Assembly: GCF_036507355.1 (NCBI RefSeq)
Contig: NZ_AP027877.1
DNA: 64,000 nucleotides
Strand: one strand, 5' to 3'
Source of the DNA: Escherichia coli
Lineage (GTDB): Bacteria; Pseudomonadota; Gammaproteobacteria; Enterobacterales; Enterobacteriaceae
Under the pieces are notes generated by a model. It made no database searches. It was not told where the DNA came from and saw nothing but the letters and a program-made list of their open reading frames with translations. Shown here in pieces: positions 53,206 to 64,000 of this stretch. The number at the start of each line of letters is the position of its first letter. Position 1 is the first letter of the stretch. The position numbers and the translations under genes were made by a program.

Positions 53206-54351
53206 TCAGTTTTTAATTCCCTGACCTATTTTAATGGCGCAGGCAATATTTCGCGCGCTGTTGAAGAGATTGGTTTCACCGCTGGCGAGCACTTCGGCTA
53301 AAGGTGCCAGACGAGGCAAAATGCTGAATACCGCGTCAATGCCGTACTGGTGCACCACTTCCACGCCATCACCCAATACGCCAGCAATCCCAATCACCGG
53401 TACATTAAACTGCTTCGCCACCGACGCAACGCCCAGCGGCGCTTTACCGCCTGCCGTTTGCGAGTCAATGCGCCCTTCCCCGGTGATCACCAGTGCTGCG
53501 CCCTGCACTGCCTGCGCAAGATTGACTGCATTCAACACAATCTCAATGCCCGGTTTAATATCCGCATTGAGGAATACCGCCGCCGCAATCCCCATACCGC
53601 CCGCAGCGCCGCCGCCCGCCATCTGGCAGACATTAATTTCAGTTTGCTGTTGTAAAACACGGGCGTAATTTTGCAGCCCCTGTTCCAGTTCTTCGACCAT
53701 CTCCGGCGTTGCCCCTTTTTGCGGGCCAAACACCGCCGCCGCGCCGCGTGCCCCTACCAGCGGGTTATCAACGTCACATGCTACTTCAATATGGCAGTTC
53801 GCCAGACGCGGATCGCATTCATCCATCTCAATGCTTGCCACGCGCGCTAAATTGCCGCCGTTAGCCACCAGCACCTGACCGTCGGCATCAAGGAAACGCA
53901 CACCGAGCGCCTGAGCCATGCCCATACCGCCGTCGACCGTCGCACTGCCGCCAATGCCGAGAATAATATGGCGAATGCCGTTATCCAGCGCATGACGAAT
54001 TAACTCCCCCGTACCAAAACTGGAGGCCAGCAACGGATTACGCTTTTCAGGCGCGACCAGCATCAGGCCACTTGCTGCCGCCATCTCAATCACCGCCGTT
54101 TTCCCGTCGCCGGTAAGGCCATAAAAAGCATTCACTTTTTCGCCCATCGGCCCGCAGACTTCAAGCGTCACGATGTTGCCGCCCGTCGCGGCGACCATCG
54201 CATCCACCGTCCCTTCGCCGCCATCCGCTATCGGCAAACAGATATAGTTCGCATCGGGAAAGAGGGTCGAAAACCCGGCTTTAATTGCCTGACAACATTT
54301 TTCTGCACTTAAGCTCTCTTTAAAAGAGTCTGGCGCAATGACAATCTTCAT
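53206..54351 (-). CDS. glxK: Glycerate 3-kinase GlxK
   Basis: 381 aa from the ATG at 54351 ([16 protein letters not shown]…). Confidence 0.95.
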   Translation of the reverse strand: MKIVIAPDSFKESLSAEKCCQAIKAGFSTLFPDANYICLPIADGGEGTVDAMVAATGGNIVTLEVCGPMGEKVNAFYGLTGDGKTAVIEMAAASGLMLVAPEKRNPLLASSFGTGELIRHALDNGIRHIILGIGGSATVDGGMGMAQALGVRFLDADGQVLVANGGNLARVASIEMDECDPRLANCHIEVACDVDNPLVGARGAAAVFGPQKGATPEMVEELEQGLQNYARVLQQQTEINVCQMAGGGAAGGMGIAAAVFLNADIKPGIEIVLNAVNLAQAVQGAALVITGEGRIDSQTAGGKAPLGVASVAKQFNVPVIGIAGVLGDGVEVVHQYGIDAVFSILPRLAPLAEVLASGETNLFNSARNIACAIKIGQGIKN

Positions 54352-54372
54352 TATCAATCCTTTTTCAACAAA

Positions 54373-55680
54373 TTATTCGATGCGTTCCCACGGAATAAGG
54401 TTATCCATAAGAACAGCCAGTAAAATCCCGACCAATAAGCCGTTACTGAGCAGAGGACGAAGCGTTAATGGAAGGTCTTGCAGATACACAGGCGGTAATG
54501 CCATTAAAAATATGCCGACAAATAACGGCAATGCGAGTCGATAAATGTTGCGAGCGGTAAACGTTATTTGCTGGCTAAACACCAGCGCGGAAAAGAGTAA
54601 AGGCAGATAAGAAACCAGCATGACCGCACTACTCACGGGTAAAGGGATACTGCAAAACAGTCGCGTGAGTGCAGGAACCAGCGCCACCAGCAGGCAAATA
54701 ACGCTGCCATAAATAAACGAACGCCGCGTGTAATCGCCAGTCTGGGTTAATAAACCAATGGATGAAACAAACGGTGAAAATGGAATTACCGCCAGCGGTA
54801 CGGTTATCAGCGTCATAAATCCGGTCGCCACAAAGCTACGACGATAACGCGTATTCCCCGCGCCCTGCTGCGGATAAAAAACATCCGTGCCCCGAATCGC
54901 ACCGTAGGTATTGCTGATATTCACCAGACCTGTAATCACCGCCGTCAGAATAATCCCCGGAGACAAAGCACCGCCACTGCCGAGCGGGAACCACTGCCAG
55001 TGCAACTCACCGGAGAGCGAATGCGAAGAAGGAAAGCAAAAGTACCACAACAACCAGCCAGTTATGGTGCCGACCAGCAGGCCATAACGGGCAAAACGTT
55101 GCGGCAGGAAAATAATCATCGCCAGTACCAGGCACATCACCGCCACCGAGAGCGCGAACGGCGGTAACTGAATTTTAAAATTCGGGTCGGCTATGCCAAA
55201 CGGCAGCCCGAGCATACCTTTGAAAAAGATAGTGGTCAGCTGCGCGCCCAGCATCAACATAAACAAGACCATCACCGACGGCGTAAATAACCGTGCCAGG
55301 CGATGGCCTAATCCGCTAAAACCAATCAACATCGTCAGCACGCCGGAGAGTGCAATCCCCACCGCCAGGCTGGTAGCGATATCGTTGATCGGTGTCCCGC
55401 GCGATGCTTCGCCAAGGGTGATAGTAAGGATGGTTCCCCACCACAGGCCACCTGGCCCTTCCATAATAGCGCGACGATGACCGCAAAACGCCTGAGCGAA
55501 GCAGGCCAGTGCGGTAGCAAGAAAAGCATATTGCGTGAGCGTAAGCAGGCTACTTTGCGGCAACTGAAAAGCAGAAAGTAGCGTAGGAGGAACCACAACC
55601 GTGTTGCAAAAAATAAAGAAAAACCACTGAAATCCTGATAACAGGCTTTCGCGGCTGACTGCAAAATTGAACATAAACAC
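54373..55680 (-). CDS. ybbY: Putative purine/nucleobase permease YbbY (NCS2 family)
   Basis: Polytopic membrane ORF of about 433-435 aa (MFMFNFAVSRESLL…); start ambiguous between two adjacent ATGs. Confidence 0.88.
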   Translation of the reverse strand: MFMFNFAVSRESLLSGFQWFFFIFCNTVVVPPTLLSAFQLPQSSLLTLTQYAFLATALACFAQAFCGHRRAIMEGPGGLWWGTILTITLGEASRGTPINDIATSLAVGIALSGVLTMLIGFSGLGHRLARLFTPSVMVLFMLMLGAQLTTIFFKGMLGLPFGIADPNFKIQLPPFALSVAVMCLVLAMIIFLPQRFARYGLLVGTITGWLLWYFCFPSSHSLSGELHWQWFPLGSGGALSPGIILTAVITGLVNISNTYGAIRGTDVFYPQQGAGNTRYRRSFVATGFMTLITVPLAVIPFSPFVSSIGLLTQTGDYTRRSFIYGSVICLLVALVPALTRLFCSIPLPVSSAVMLVSYLPLLFSALVFSQQITFTARNIYRLALPLFVGIFLMALPPVYLQDLPLTLRPLLSNGLLVGILLAVLMDNLIPWERIE

Positions 55681-55730
55681 ACCTTAACCGGAGAATGCCC
55701 GCCGCAAGGACGGGCATTGCAGGGGCCAGA

Positions 55731-57092
55731 TTACTGCTGATGTTTAAGGATAAATTGACCTTTCGGCGCAACAGGGAAGCCCTGTTCAATGTCGTAAATC
55801 ACATCACCACGTAAGATGGTTTTCGTGATACGCGCGCCAATGGTACGGCCAACATACGGGCTGACTTTGTGGCGATATTCCAGATCGTCATTGGTAAGAA
55901 CATAGCTGCTATTCGGCTGAATGAAGACGAAGTCGGCATCTTTTCCTGGGGCGATACGGCCTTTTTGCTGCAGACCGAAAATATCTGCTGCGTTAGTCGC
56001 CATTAATTTGCCGAACATTGGCAGAGACATTCCGCGTTTCTGTACCGCTTCATCGAACATCACGTCCATACAGTTTTGCAGACCGGCAATACCGCCCCAT
56101 GCTTCCATGATGTTGCCGGCTTTCATTTCCGGAGGGCATGGTGAGTGGTCGGAAACCAGGCAGTCGATTTCACCGTTAAACAGTTTTTCCCACATGCCTT
56201 TCTGGTTTTCCAGATCGCGGATCGGCGGTGAACACTTCGCCAGAGTACCGATTTCTTCGAACTGATCGGTATCCAGTACAAAGTAATGCGGGCAGGATTC
56301 ACAAGTAACGTCCTGACCTTCCTGACGTGCACGAGTCACTTCTTCAACCCCTTCCGGGCTGCTGATATGGCAAACGTGCAGACGGCAACCGGCAACTTTC
56401 GCCAGATACAGCACGCGGCGAATCGCTTCCACTTCGGTAAATACCGGACGCGAAGCCACATAGTCATGGGCAGTTACGCGACCTTCACGTTTCGCTTCTT
56501 CGCCCAGTGCGTCACAGATCAGCGCGTTTTCGCAGTGCACCAGCACCGGCTGCCCCAGTTCGCCCAGCTTCTGCGCACCTTTGAAGAACTGCCAGTCGTT
56601 TACATCACGGAAGTCGTTGTCGATACCGCGATCGCCACAGGTCGCAACGAAGCATTTGAAGCCGACAACGCCCACTTCATCCAGCTCATGCAGACGGTCG
56701 ATGTTGTAAGACACCAGGCCACCGAGTTGTGCCGCATCGATAGTCAGCTTGCCTTTAGCGGCATCGAACTTCAGTTCAATTGAAGCGCGGTCAACCGTTG
56801 CAGGCAGCTGGTTGAGCGGCATTTCGATCATGGTGGTGATACCACCTTTTGCCGCTGCGCGAGTACCGGTTTCATAACCTTCCCAGTGGCTACGACCCGG
56901 TTCAGAAATATGGGTGTGCGCATCAACCATGCCCGGCGAAACCACCAGACCAGACGCATCCATAACTTCTTTTGCATCGCCCAGATCCTGACCGATAGCA
57001 GCAATTTTGCCGCCTTTAACGGCGATATCTACAACGCGAGCTTCGTTTTCTAAAATAACGGTGCCGTTTTTAATGATTAAATCAAAAGACAT
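55731..57092 (-). CDS. allB: Allantoinase AllB
   Basis: 453-aa amidohydrolase [33 protein letters not shown]… with metal-binding HxH (DAHTH). Confidence 0.96.
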   Translation of the reverse strand: MSFDLIIKNGTVILENEARVVDIAVKGGKIAAIGQDLGDAKEVMDASGLVVSPGMVDAHTHISEPGRSHWEGYETGTRAAAKGGITTMIEMPLNQLPATVDRASIELKFDAAKGKLTIDAAQLGGLVSYNIDRLHELDEVGVVGFKCFVATCGDRGIDNDFRDVNDWQFFKGAQKLGELGQPVLVHCENALICDALGEEAKREGRVTAHDYVASRPVFTEVEAIRRVLYLAKVAGCRLHVCHISSPEGVEEVTRARQEGQDVTCESCPHYFVLDTDQFEEIGTLAKCSPPIRDLENQKGMWEKLFNGEIDCLVSDHSPCPPEMKAGNIMEAWGGIAGLQNCMDVMFDEAVQKRGMSLPMFGKLMATNAADIFGLQQKGRIAPGKDADFVFIQPNSSYVLTNDDLEYRHKVSPYVGRTIGARITKTILRGDVIYDIEQGFPVAPKGQFILKHQQ

Positions 57093-57151
57093 AACAAACT
57101 CCTTGTAAAATACAGATTGGTTTTTAACTCAATGTTCAATATCGGGATTAA

Positions 57152-58606
57152 TTAACCTATGGTTTTTTGCTCTCCTGTTTTTTCTGCTGTTGTACGTTTC
57201 TTTAATAAGGCGTAGGCCGCAAAGGCGACGATGACGCCGACAAACCATGAGACACGCGATAACGGTTCCATAAAGGGAATAAACTTACCGCCAAGAGATA
57301 AAATAACGGCCACCAGAGTTACTGAAAACGCGGTGAGGTTAAAACCGTTATCGTAATATTTATAATCGCCAGGTGCGGTGTACAGTTCATCAAGATTAAT
57401 TTGCCCACGCATCACCACAAAATAATGCGCCATCATGACACCAATTACCGGACCAAGCATTCCGCCGATAATATCGAGGAACAGATAAATACTGTCCTGA
57501 TTTTCCATTAATTTCCACGGGCAGATCAGCAGGCTGATAATACTGGCAATCAGTACGCCGTTTTTATAGGTCAGTTTTGTCGGTGCAATGGCAGCAATCT
57601 GATAACCAGCCGGAATAATATTACCAGTGGCGTTAGTGGAGATAGTCGTCATCAGAATAACCAGTACCGCAAAGAACGAGGCAAACAGGCTGTCCCAACG
57701 CTGAACAATATCCAGCACGTTCCAGGTATCAGCGCCGTAATGAATACTGGCTCCGGCAATAATACATACCCCGGCGACCGCAAACAGAATATAGGCCACA
57801 ACTAAACCCAGCGTTTGCCCCAGCGCTTGCTCACGAAACGAGTGGGCGTTTTGCGTAAAGTCGGATGCGCTCACCGCCGGAGCCGCCCAGACCGCAACTA
57901 CCGCGTTAATCACCACCAGGAACAGGAAGCCACTGTTTTCTGCTTTCTGAATACCGCTCGGAATGTAGTCAAAGATTGGACCGAGCCCGACCAGCGAAAT
58001 CGCCCAAATCGCCATACCGCCGAAAACGATATAGATGCACGGGTTAAGAATGGCAGTGAATTTATTTAAAACTTTGCCACCGCCAAAACCTATACCAACG
58101 TTGACCAGCCAGAAGAGTAAGAAAGTAATTAAGCCCGGTAGAGAAAGGCCTAACAGAGTGAAATCACCACCGAGAGTCAAAAATCCCGGCCAGATTTTGC
58201 CAATCAGAATCAAGCAGGCCAGTGACCCCGCGTAACATTGCAGGCCAAACCACATAATGGCAGCAATACCGCCTCTTAATAATCCGGGAAACAGTGCGCC
58301 ACGTACGCCGTAAGAAGCACGCAGGATCATGGCAAACGGTACGCCGTATTTACTGCCCGCAGCGCCGTTTAATACCATTACCGCGGCAATGAAAAAGGCG
58401 CTGAGGATAATTGCCAGCATAATACTAAAGGTAGACAAGCCGAGAATAAAAAAGCCGCCGACCATCACATAATTGGGAACGTTATGAACCGAACCCATCC
58501 ATAAGGTAAAATAGTTAAATGTTTTCCAGGTCCGCTGGCTTTGCGTTTTCGGCAATAGATCTTCGCTATAGCCGCGTTGCTGGAATAGTTTTCTCTGATG
58601 TTCCAT
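57152..58606 (-). CDS. ybbW: Allantoin permease YbbW (NCS1 family)
   Basis: 484-aa polytopic membrane ORF MEHQRKLFQQRGYSEDLLPKTQSQRTW…. Confidence 0.92.
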   Translation of the reverse strand: MEHQRKLFQQRGYSEDLLPKTQSQRTWKTFNYFTLWMGSVHNVPNYVMVGGFFILGLSTFSIMLAIILSAFFIAAVMVLNGAAGSKYGVPFAMILRASYGVRGALFPGLLRGGIAAIMWFGLQCYAGSLACLILIGKIWPGFLTLGGDFTLLGLSLPGLITFLLFWLVNVGIGFGGGKVLNKFTAILNPCIYIVFGGMAIWAISLVGLGPIFDYIPSGIQKAENSGFLFLVVINAVVAVWAAPAVSASDFTQNAHSFREQALGQTLGLVVAYILFAVAGVCIIAGASIHYGADTWNVLDIVQRWDSLFASFFAVLVILMTTISTNATGNIIPAGYQIAAIAPTKLTYKNGVLIASIISLLICPWKLMENQDSIYLFLDIIGGMLGPVIGVMMAHYFVVMRGQINLDELYTAPGDYKYYDNGFNLTAFSVTLVAVILSLGGKFIPFMEPLSRVSWFVGVIVAFAAYALLKKRTTAEKTGEQKTIG

Positions 58607-58774
58607 AAATCCCTCTTAATTTCACGTATCGAATAACGTTGTTTTAATCTAGCTATGAGGAACAAATAAAATAAAAATATTATTTTTAATACTGAAGCAA
58701 CATCTTTGGCTGCTTTCTTTTTTAATATTGCTGGCCGATTCATTTTTTGATATCGGCCATTTTTATTGCGGGTA

Positions 58775-59653
58775 TCAGGCCAGTTTATGGTTAGCCATTA
58801 ATTCCAGCGCCTGCACTAACGCAGAGTGATCCAACTGGCTGCCACCGTTTGCCGCGCAGGTATTAAATAACTCCTGGCAGGTCGCAGTGTTTGGCAGGTT
58901 CAGCGCCAGTGCCTTCGCACTTTGCAGTGCCAGGTTGAGATCTTTCTGGTGCAGCGCAATTTTGAAACCTGGATTAAAGGTGCGTTTAATCATGCGCTCA
59001 CCGTGAACTTCCAGAATACGTGAGGAAGCAAAGCCGCCCATCAGCGCCTGGCGCACACGTACCGGGTCTGCACCGGCTTTTGAAGCAAACAGCAGAGCTT
59101 CAGAGACCGCTTCAATATTGAGCGCTACGATAATCTGATTTGCCACTTTGCAGGTTTGACCGTCGCCGTTACCGCCCACAAGGGTGATATTTTTACCGAG
59201 CAGTTCAAACAGCGGTTTAACACGTTCAAATACCGCTTCGTCACCGCCAACCATAATTGACAACGTCCCTTCACGCGCGCCGATTTCGCCGCCGGAGACT
59301 GGCGCATCGAGATAATCACCACCCAGTTCATTCACCTGACGAGCGAAACGTTTAGTTTCAATCGGTGAAATGGAGCTCATATCAACAATGGTTTTGCCCT
59401 TCAGCGAGGCTTTGGTACAACCATTTTCACCAAACAGAATTTCTTCAACCTGAGGTGTGTCCGGCACCATAATAAAAATGATGTCCGCTGCTTCCGTTAC
59501 CTGGCGCGCGGTGTCGACATTAACAGCACCGAGTGACAGTAATTCATCAGCAACCGGTCCAATGGTCGTGACATGTAATTGATGGCCGGCACGCGCCAGA
59601 TTAATGGCCATCGGAGTACCCATAATGCCTAAGCCAATAAATCCCAGTTTCAT
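58775..59653 (-). CDS. glxR: Tartronate semialdehyde reductase GlxR
   Basis: 292-aa ORF MKLGFIGLGIMGTPMAINL… with an NAD-binding GxGxxG. Confidence 0.95.
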   Translation of the reverse strand: MKLGFIGLGIMGTPMAINLARAGHQLHVTTIGPVADELLSLGAVNVDTARQVTEAADIIFIMVPDTPQVEEILFGENGCTKASLKGKTIVDMSSISPIETKRFARQVNELGGDYLDAPVSGGEIGAREGTLSIMVGGDEAVFERVKPLFELLGKNITLVGGNGDGQTCKVANQIIVALNIEAVSEALLFASKAGADPVRVRQALMGGFASSRILEVHGERMIKRTFNPGFKIALHQKDLNLALQSAKALALNLPNTATCQELFNTCAANGGSQLDHSALVQALELMANHKLA

Positions 59654-59753
59654 AATTAACCTCTTTTTAAATGCCGCTATTCCTGAATTCAGACAACACG
59701 ATCCCCTGCCAACTTAGCGGCCTAAAAAAGCATTGTCTGAATAGCGTTACGTT

Positions 59754-60530
59754 TTAACGGTACGGATCCATCCAGCGTAAACCGGCTTCTGTGGTGGTTT
59801 GGGGTTTATATTCACACCCAACCCAACCGTTGTAGTCAGAATTTTCGATTACCTTAAAGAGATAATCATAATTAATTTCTCCGGTCCCCGGTTCACCGCG
59901 ATGCGGATTATCAGCAATTTGCAGGTGACCAATTTTATCGGCCCACTGAGTCATGGTGTTGGTTAATTCACCTTCCATCCGCTGCATGTGATAAATGTCA
60001 TACTGAATTTTCAAATTGCAGCAACCAACATCATCAATCAATTTCAGCGCCTGCCGAGTTCCGGTGAGATGGAAACCAGGAATATCAAAATGGTTAATAG
60101 GTTCAATCAGTAATAAAATATCTTCTTTCATCAGCATATTCGCGGCATAACGCAGGTTTTCTACAAGCGTTGCGTGAATCTGTTCACTGCTGAAACCAGC
60201 CGGCGTTTTACCGACCAGACAGTTAATTTTTTTATTACCCAGCGCACGGGCATAACGAATCGCTGCTTCTACGCCATCCCGAAACTCTTCTTCACGGCCA
60301 GGAATACAGGCAATACCGCGCTCCCCCGCCGCCCAGTCACCCGCCGGTAAATTGTGCAGCGTATGTTCGAGTTTATTACTCGCCAGCACCTGTTTTAATT
60401 CTTCAATGTCGTAGTCATAAGGAAACATAAATTCAACGCCGCGAAAACTACACTGCGCAGCTTTCTCAAAACGGGCGAGAAAATCATATTCACCAAATAA
60501 CATCGATAAATTAGCAGAGAAACGTAACAT
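59754..60530 (-). CDS. hyi: Hydroxypyruvate isomerase Hyi
   Basis: 258-aa ORF MLRFSANLSMLFGEYDFLARFEKAAQ…. Confidence 0.95.
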   Translation of the reverse strand: MLRFSANLSMLFGEYDFLARFEKAAQCSFRGVEFMFPYDYDIEELKQVLASNKLEHTLHNLPAGDWAAGERGIACIPGREEEFRDGVEAAIRYARALGNKKINCLVGKTPAGFSSEQIHATLVENLRYAANMLMKEDILLLIEPINHFDIPGFHLTGTRQALKLIDDVGCCNLKIQYDIYHMQRMEGELTNTMTQWADKIGHLQIADNPHRGEPGTGEINYDYLFKVIENSDYNGWVGCEYKPQTTTEAGLRWMDPYR

Positions 60531-60542
60531 TATTTATCTCCC

Positions 60543-62324
60543 TTATTCATAGTGCATGAAGCAGGTTTCAGTCGGTGCATCCGCTGCGTTATCGGCGATA
60601 TCTTCAAATTCCATGACGTTATCCAGTTCGCTGCCCATCGAAATATTTGTCACACGCTCGAGAATAACTTCCACGACTACCGGTACCCGATATTGCGCCA
60701 TTAAGGCTTTCGCCTGTTCAAAGGCCGGTGCAATATCTTCCGGTTTGAAGACGCGAATAGCTTTACAACCTAAACCTTCCGCTACTTTTACGTGGTCGAC
60801 GCCGTAACCGTTCACTTCGCTGGAGTTGATATTCTCGAAAGCGAGTTGCACGCAGTAGTCCATGTCAAAGGCGCGTTGTGACTGACGAATCAGGCCGAGA
60901 TAGGCGTTATTCACCAGCACATGGATGTACGGAATGTTGAACTGCGCGCCAACGGCTAACTCTTCAATCAGGAACTGGAAGTCGAAGTCACCGGAAATCG
61001 CCACCACATTGCGTTTCGGATCAGCGGCACAAACCCCCAGCGCCGCCGGAATCGTCCAGCCTAACGGACCAGCCTGACCACAGTTGATCCAGTGGCGGTC
61101 TTTAAAGACATGCAGCATTTGTGCCGCAGCGATTTGTGACAGGCCAATGGTGGTGACATAACAAACATCGCGACCAAAGGCTTTGTTCATCTCTTCATAC
61201 ACGCGCTGCGGTTTCACCGGCACGTTGTCGAAATGGGTTTTGCGCAGCAAAGTGCGTTTGCGCTGCTGGCAGTCGGCGACCCATTCTTTACGACACGGCA
61301 GACGACCCGCTTTTTGCATCTCCTGCGCCACTTCAACCAGCAGTGTCAGCGCCGCTTTAGCATCAGAGACAATGCCGAGATCCGGACACAGCACGCGGCC
61401 AATTTGCGTCGGCTCAATATCGATATGAACGATTTTGCGCCCTTCGGTGTATTTCTCTACCGAACCGGTATGACGGTTAGCAAAACGGTTACCGATACCA
61501 AACACCATGTCGGACGCCAGCAACGTTGCGTTACCGTAACGATGCGCGGTTTGCAGACCGACCATCCCGGCCATCAGTTCATGATCGTCCGGGATACAGC
61601 CCCAGCCCATCAGCGTTGGGATCACCGGAACGCTGGTCAGTTCAGCAAACTGTTGTAACAGTGCAGCTGCGTCAGCATTGATTACCCCGCCCCCGGCAAC
61701 AATCACCGGACGTTCGGCCTGGATTAACATTTCTACAGCTTTTTCGATCTGCATACGGCTGGCAGCAGGTTTGTAGACCGGTAGCGGTTCGTACATGTCA
61801 GGATCAAACTCGATTTCCGCAACCTGAACGTCGAACGGTAAATCCACCAGTACCGGACCCGGACGACCAGAACGCATCAGGTGAAATGCCTGTTGCAGCA
61901 CGCGAGGCACCAGCGCCGCTTCACGAACTGTAACCGCCATTTTGCTGACCGGTTTAGCAATTGCTTCAATATCTACGGCCTGAAAATCTTCTTTATGCAG
62001 ACGGGCGCGCGGTGCCTGGCCGGTAATGCACAGAATAGGAATGGAATCAGCAGAAGCGGAATAGAGCGCGGTGATCATGTCCGTGCCCGCAGGACCGGAA
62101 GTCCCCAGACATACGCCGATATTCCCTGCCGTTGCGCGGGTATAACCTTCCGCCATGTGCGAAGCACCTTCCACATGACGCGCCAGAATGTGACGAATAC
62201 CGCCGTGCTTACGCATCGCTGAGTAGAACGGATTGATTGCAGCTCCCGGAACACCGAAGGCGGTGGTGATACCTTCTTTCTCCAGCACATACATTGCCGC
62301 GTCAACGGCTCTCATTTTTGCCAT
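60543..62324 (-). CDS. gcl: Glyoxylate carboligase Gcl (ThDP enzyme)
   Basis: 593 aa from the ATG at 62324 ([18 protein letters not shown]…); the track ORF from 62414 is an upstream extension across the promoter. Confidence 0.96.
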
Positions 62325-62344
62325 TTTATTCCTACCTCTATTTA

Positions 62345-62361
62345 TTGGAAAATTTTTCCAA
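62345..62361. promoter_or_regulatory. AllR operator in the gcl promoter
   Basis: Perfect palindrome ttggaaaatttttccaa about 20 nt upstream of the gcl start. Confidence 0.8.
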
Positions 62362-62413
62362 CTTTCAAATTTTGTCAAAAAAACCCGCTCCGCAGAGCGG
62401 GATGCGACAGACA

Positions 62414-63229
62414 TTATGGATGTGCTTTCAGTCCCAACGCCGTGCTGATATCGCGGGCGGTGTCTCTGACCAGCTCACCCTGACTGACAAAACGATCTTC
62501 TGTCAGTCTTGATGAAGGCCCGGAGATGGAGATAGCGGCAACAACGCTACCGACATCATCGTAAATTGCTGAAGCTATGCAATTCAGACCTACAACATGC
62601 TCTTCTTTATCTACGGTATAGCCCAGTTCACGCGCTTGTTCCAGGTCCTTCAGCAAGGTGGGCATATCCACAAGCGTAGTTGGCGTAAACTGCTGCAAAC
62701 CGGTTTGCAGAATGATGCTCATCAACTCCTCTTCCGCCAGCGGATAAAGCAGCGCCTTGCCCGCACCGGAAGCATGCAGCGGCAGACGACTGCCCAGTGG
62801 CGCACACATCCTGACCATCGATTTACACTCTAGCTGACCAATTAATACTGCTTCATTGCCGTTACGGATCGCGACATTGACCGTTTCGCCGGAAAGTAAC
62901 ATCAGGCGGCGCATAAACGGCCCGGCGACGGAGAGGACATCGCGGTTATGGATGTACGCCGCACCGACGTTAAAGACACCTAATCCTATATGCCACCAGC
63001 CTAACTGACTGTCCTGATAGACAAAATCCGCTGCCTGTAAAACCTTCAGCAAGCGAAAGGTCGTGGAGAGCGGCAAATCCAGATTGAGAGAAATATCGCT
63101 AACCGACGAACTTCCCCCACTTTTTTCCAGATATTGCAGAATCGCAATTCCCCGCTCTAACGCCTGTGCGCCCTTCTGTGCCACAGGCTCCGCCTGTCCT
63201 GGCCTGCCGCGCCGTCTAACTTCCGTCAT
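62414..63229 (-). CDS. allR: IclR-family repressor AllR
   Basis: 271-aa [37 protein letters not shown]… with an N-terminal HTH and C-terminal effector domain. Confidence 0.96.
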
Positions 63230-63306
63230 ACCTACGTTAACTCCGACCTACAAGTGAGCATAAACAATGAACAATTAATTTATCTTATGCAAGTCGGTTG
63301 CAGGCG

Positions 63307-63789
63307 TCACGCAAAACAGAGTTCCTGTTCAGGAATACTTTCAACATCACAGTTGTCACTGCCGCCGCGATCGATGGTCAGAAAATCGGTGACGCGCTGC
63401 CAGGCGAAAAGTGGGTGATGCCAGACGTTACGATGGTAATTCACTCCCTGTTCGCCGTTGGTAATAAACGCCCGCAGCGTTGACAGGTCTGGTTTGTCGT
63501 CGCCTAACGCCACGACCACCACAAACACTTCACCTTTCATCGGGATAAAGGCCTGAGTGCCCAGCGGATGACGTTCGAGTTCGTGAATGGTCAGCGGCAG
63601 ATTCGCCGGTTGCGCGCGGTTAATGCTGATAAGCGTACGGTCTTGCTCAAGAATCTCAACCAGCGCCAAATCGTGGTAACGCTCCACCAGGCCATTGTTA
63701 ATATGGAAAAAATCCCGTTGCTGCGTTTCGATTACGTCGCCATAAGCACTAAAGGCTTCCTGACTTAACGGTAATACCTGAAGTTTCAT
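63307..63789 (-). CDS. allA: Ureidoglycolate lyase AllA
   Basis: 160-aa [31 protein letters not shown]…. Confidence 0.95.
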
Positions 63790-63894
63790 CTCTTTGTCCT
63801 TGTAACATAATTCCGTTCAACCACCGCCGACCGGTCAGCTTGGTTTCAATAACAGGCAATCTAAAACCTTAAGAGAACAACATCAATACAAAAG

Positions 63895-63911
63895 TTGGAA
63901 TATTTTTCCAA
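63895..63911. promoter_or_regulatory. AllR operator in the allA upstream (allA/allS divergent) region
   Basis: ttggaatatttttccaa, a near-perfect copy of the gcl operator palindrome, about 105 nt upstream of allA. Confidence 0.7.
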
Positions 63912-64000
63912 AACTAGATTTAGTCCACAAATTGAACAGGGTTATCATGTAAAAATACTGATAAATCAGAGGATAAGAAAATCACGCAACTTGCGGATTT

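Overview
This window reads as a contiguous stretch of Escherichia coli-type chromosome (Shigella not excluded), inverted relative to the K-12 map as I remember it, and I found no convincing previously undescribed system in it. All identifications are from recognising the translated ORFs and motifs by eye; no database search was run. Gene order is: fepB (3' part), entS, fepDGC, fepE, entF, ybdZ, fes, fepA, entD (enterobactin synthesis and uptake, with Fur boxes in both divergent promoters); two tandem hokE-like toxin loci; ybdK, ybdJ, ybdF, nfsB, ybdG, pheP; cusCFBA and cusRS with a CusR box; nfrB, nfrA, ybcH; envY; tRNA-Arg argU; a truncated fimZ abutting an IS1; folD, ybcJ, ybcI, cysS, ppiB, lpxH, purEK; ybcF, ylbF, ylbE, fdrA; and the allantoin/glyoxylate regulon allDCE, glxK, ybbY, allB, ybbW, glxR, hyi, gcl, allR, allA with AllR operators. 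The window is collinear with K-12 except at three accessory junctions: the hok locus is tandemly duplicated with no IS186; envY sits next to argU with no DLP12 prophage, appY or ompT between them; and an IS1 without target-site duplication joins a truncated fimZ to the folD upstream region where the sfm fimbrial operon would be. No rRNA, CRISPR array or obvious defence island is present. Coordinates of short motifs may be off by 1-2 nt.
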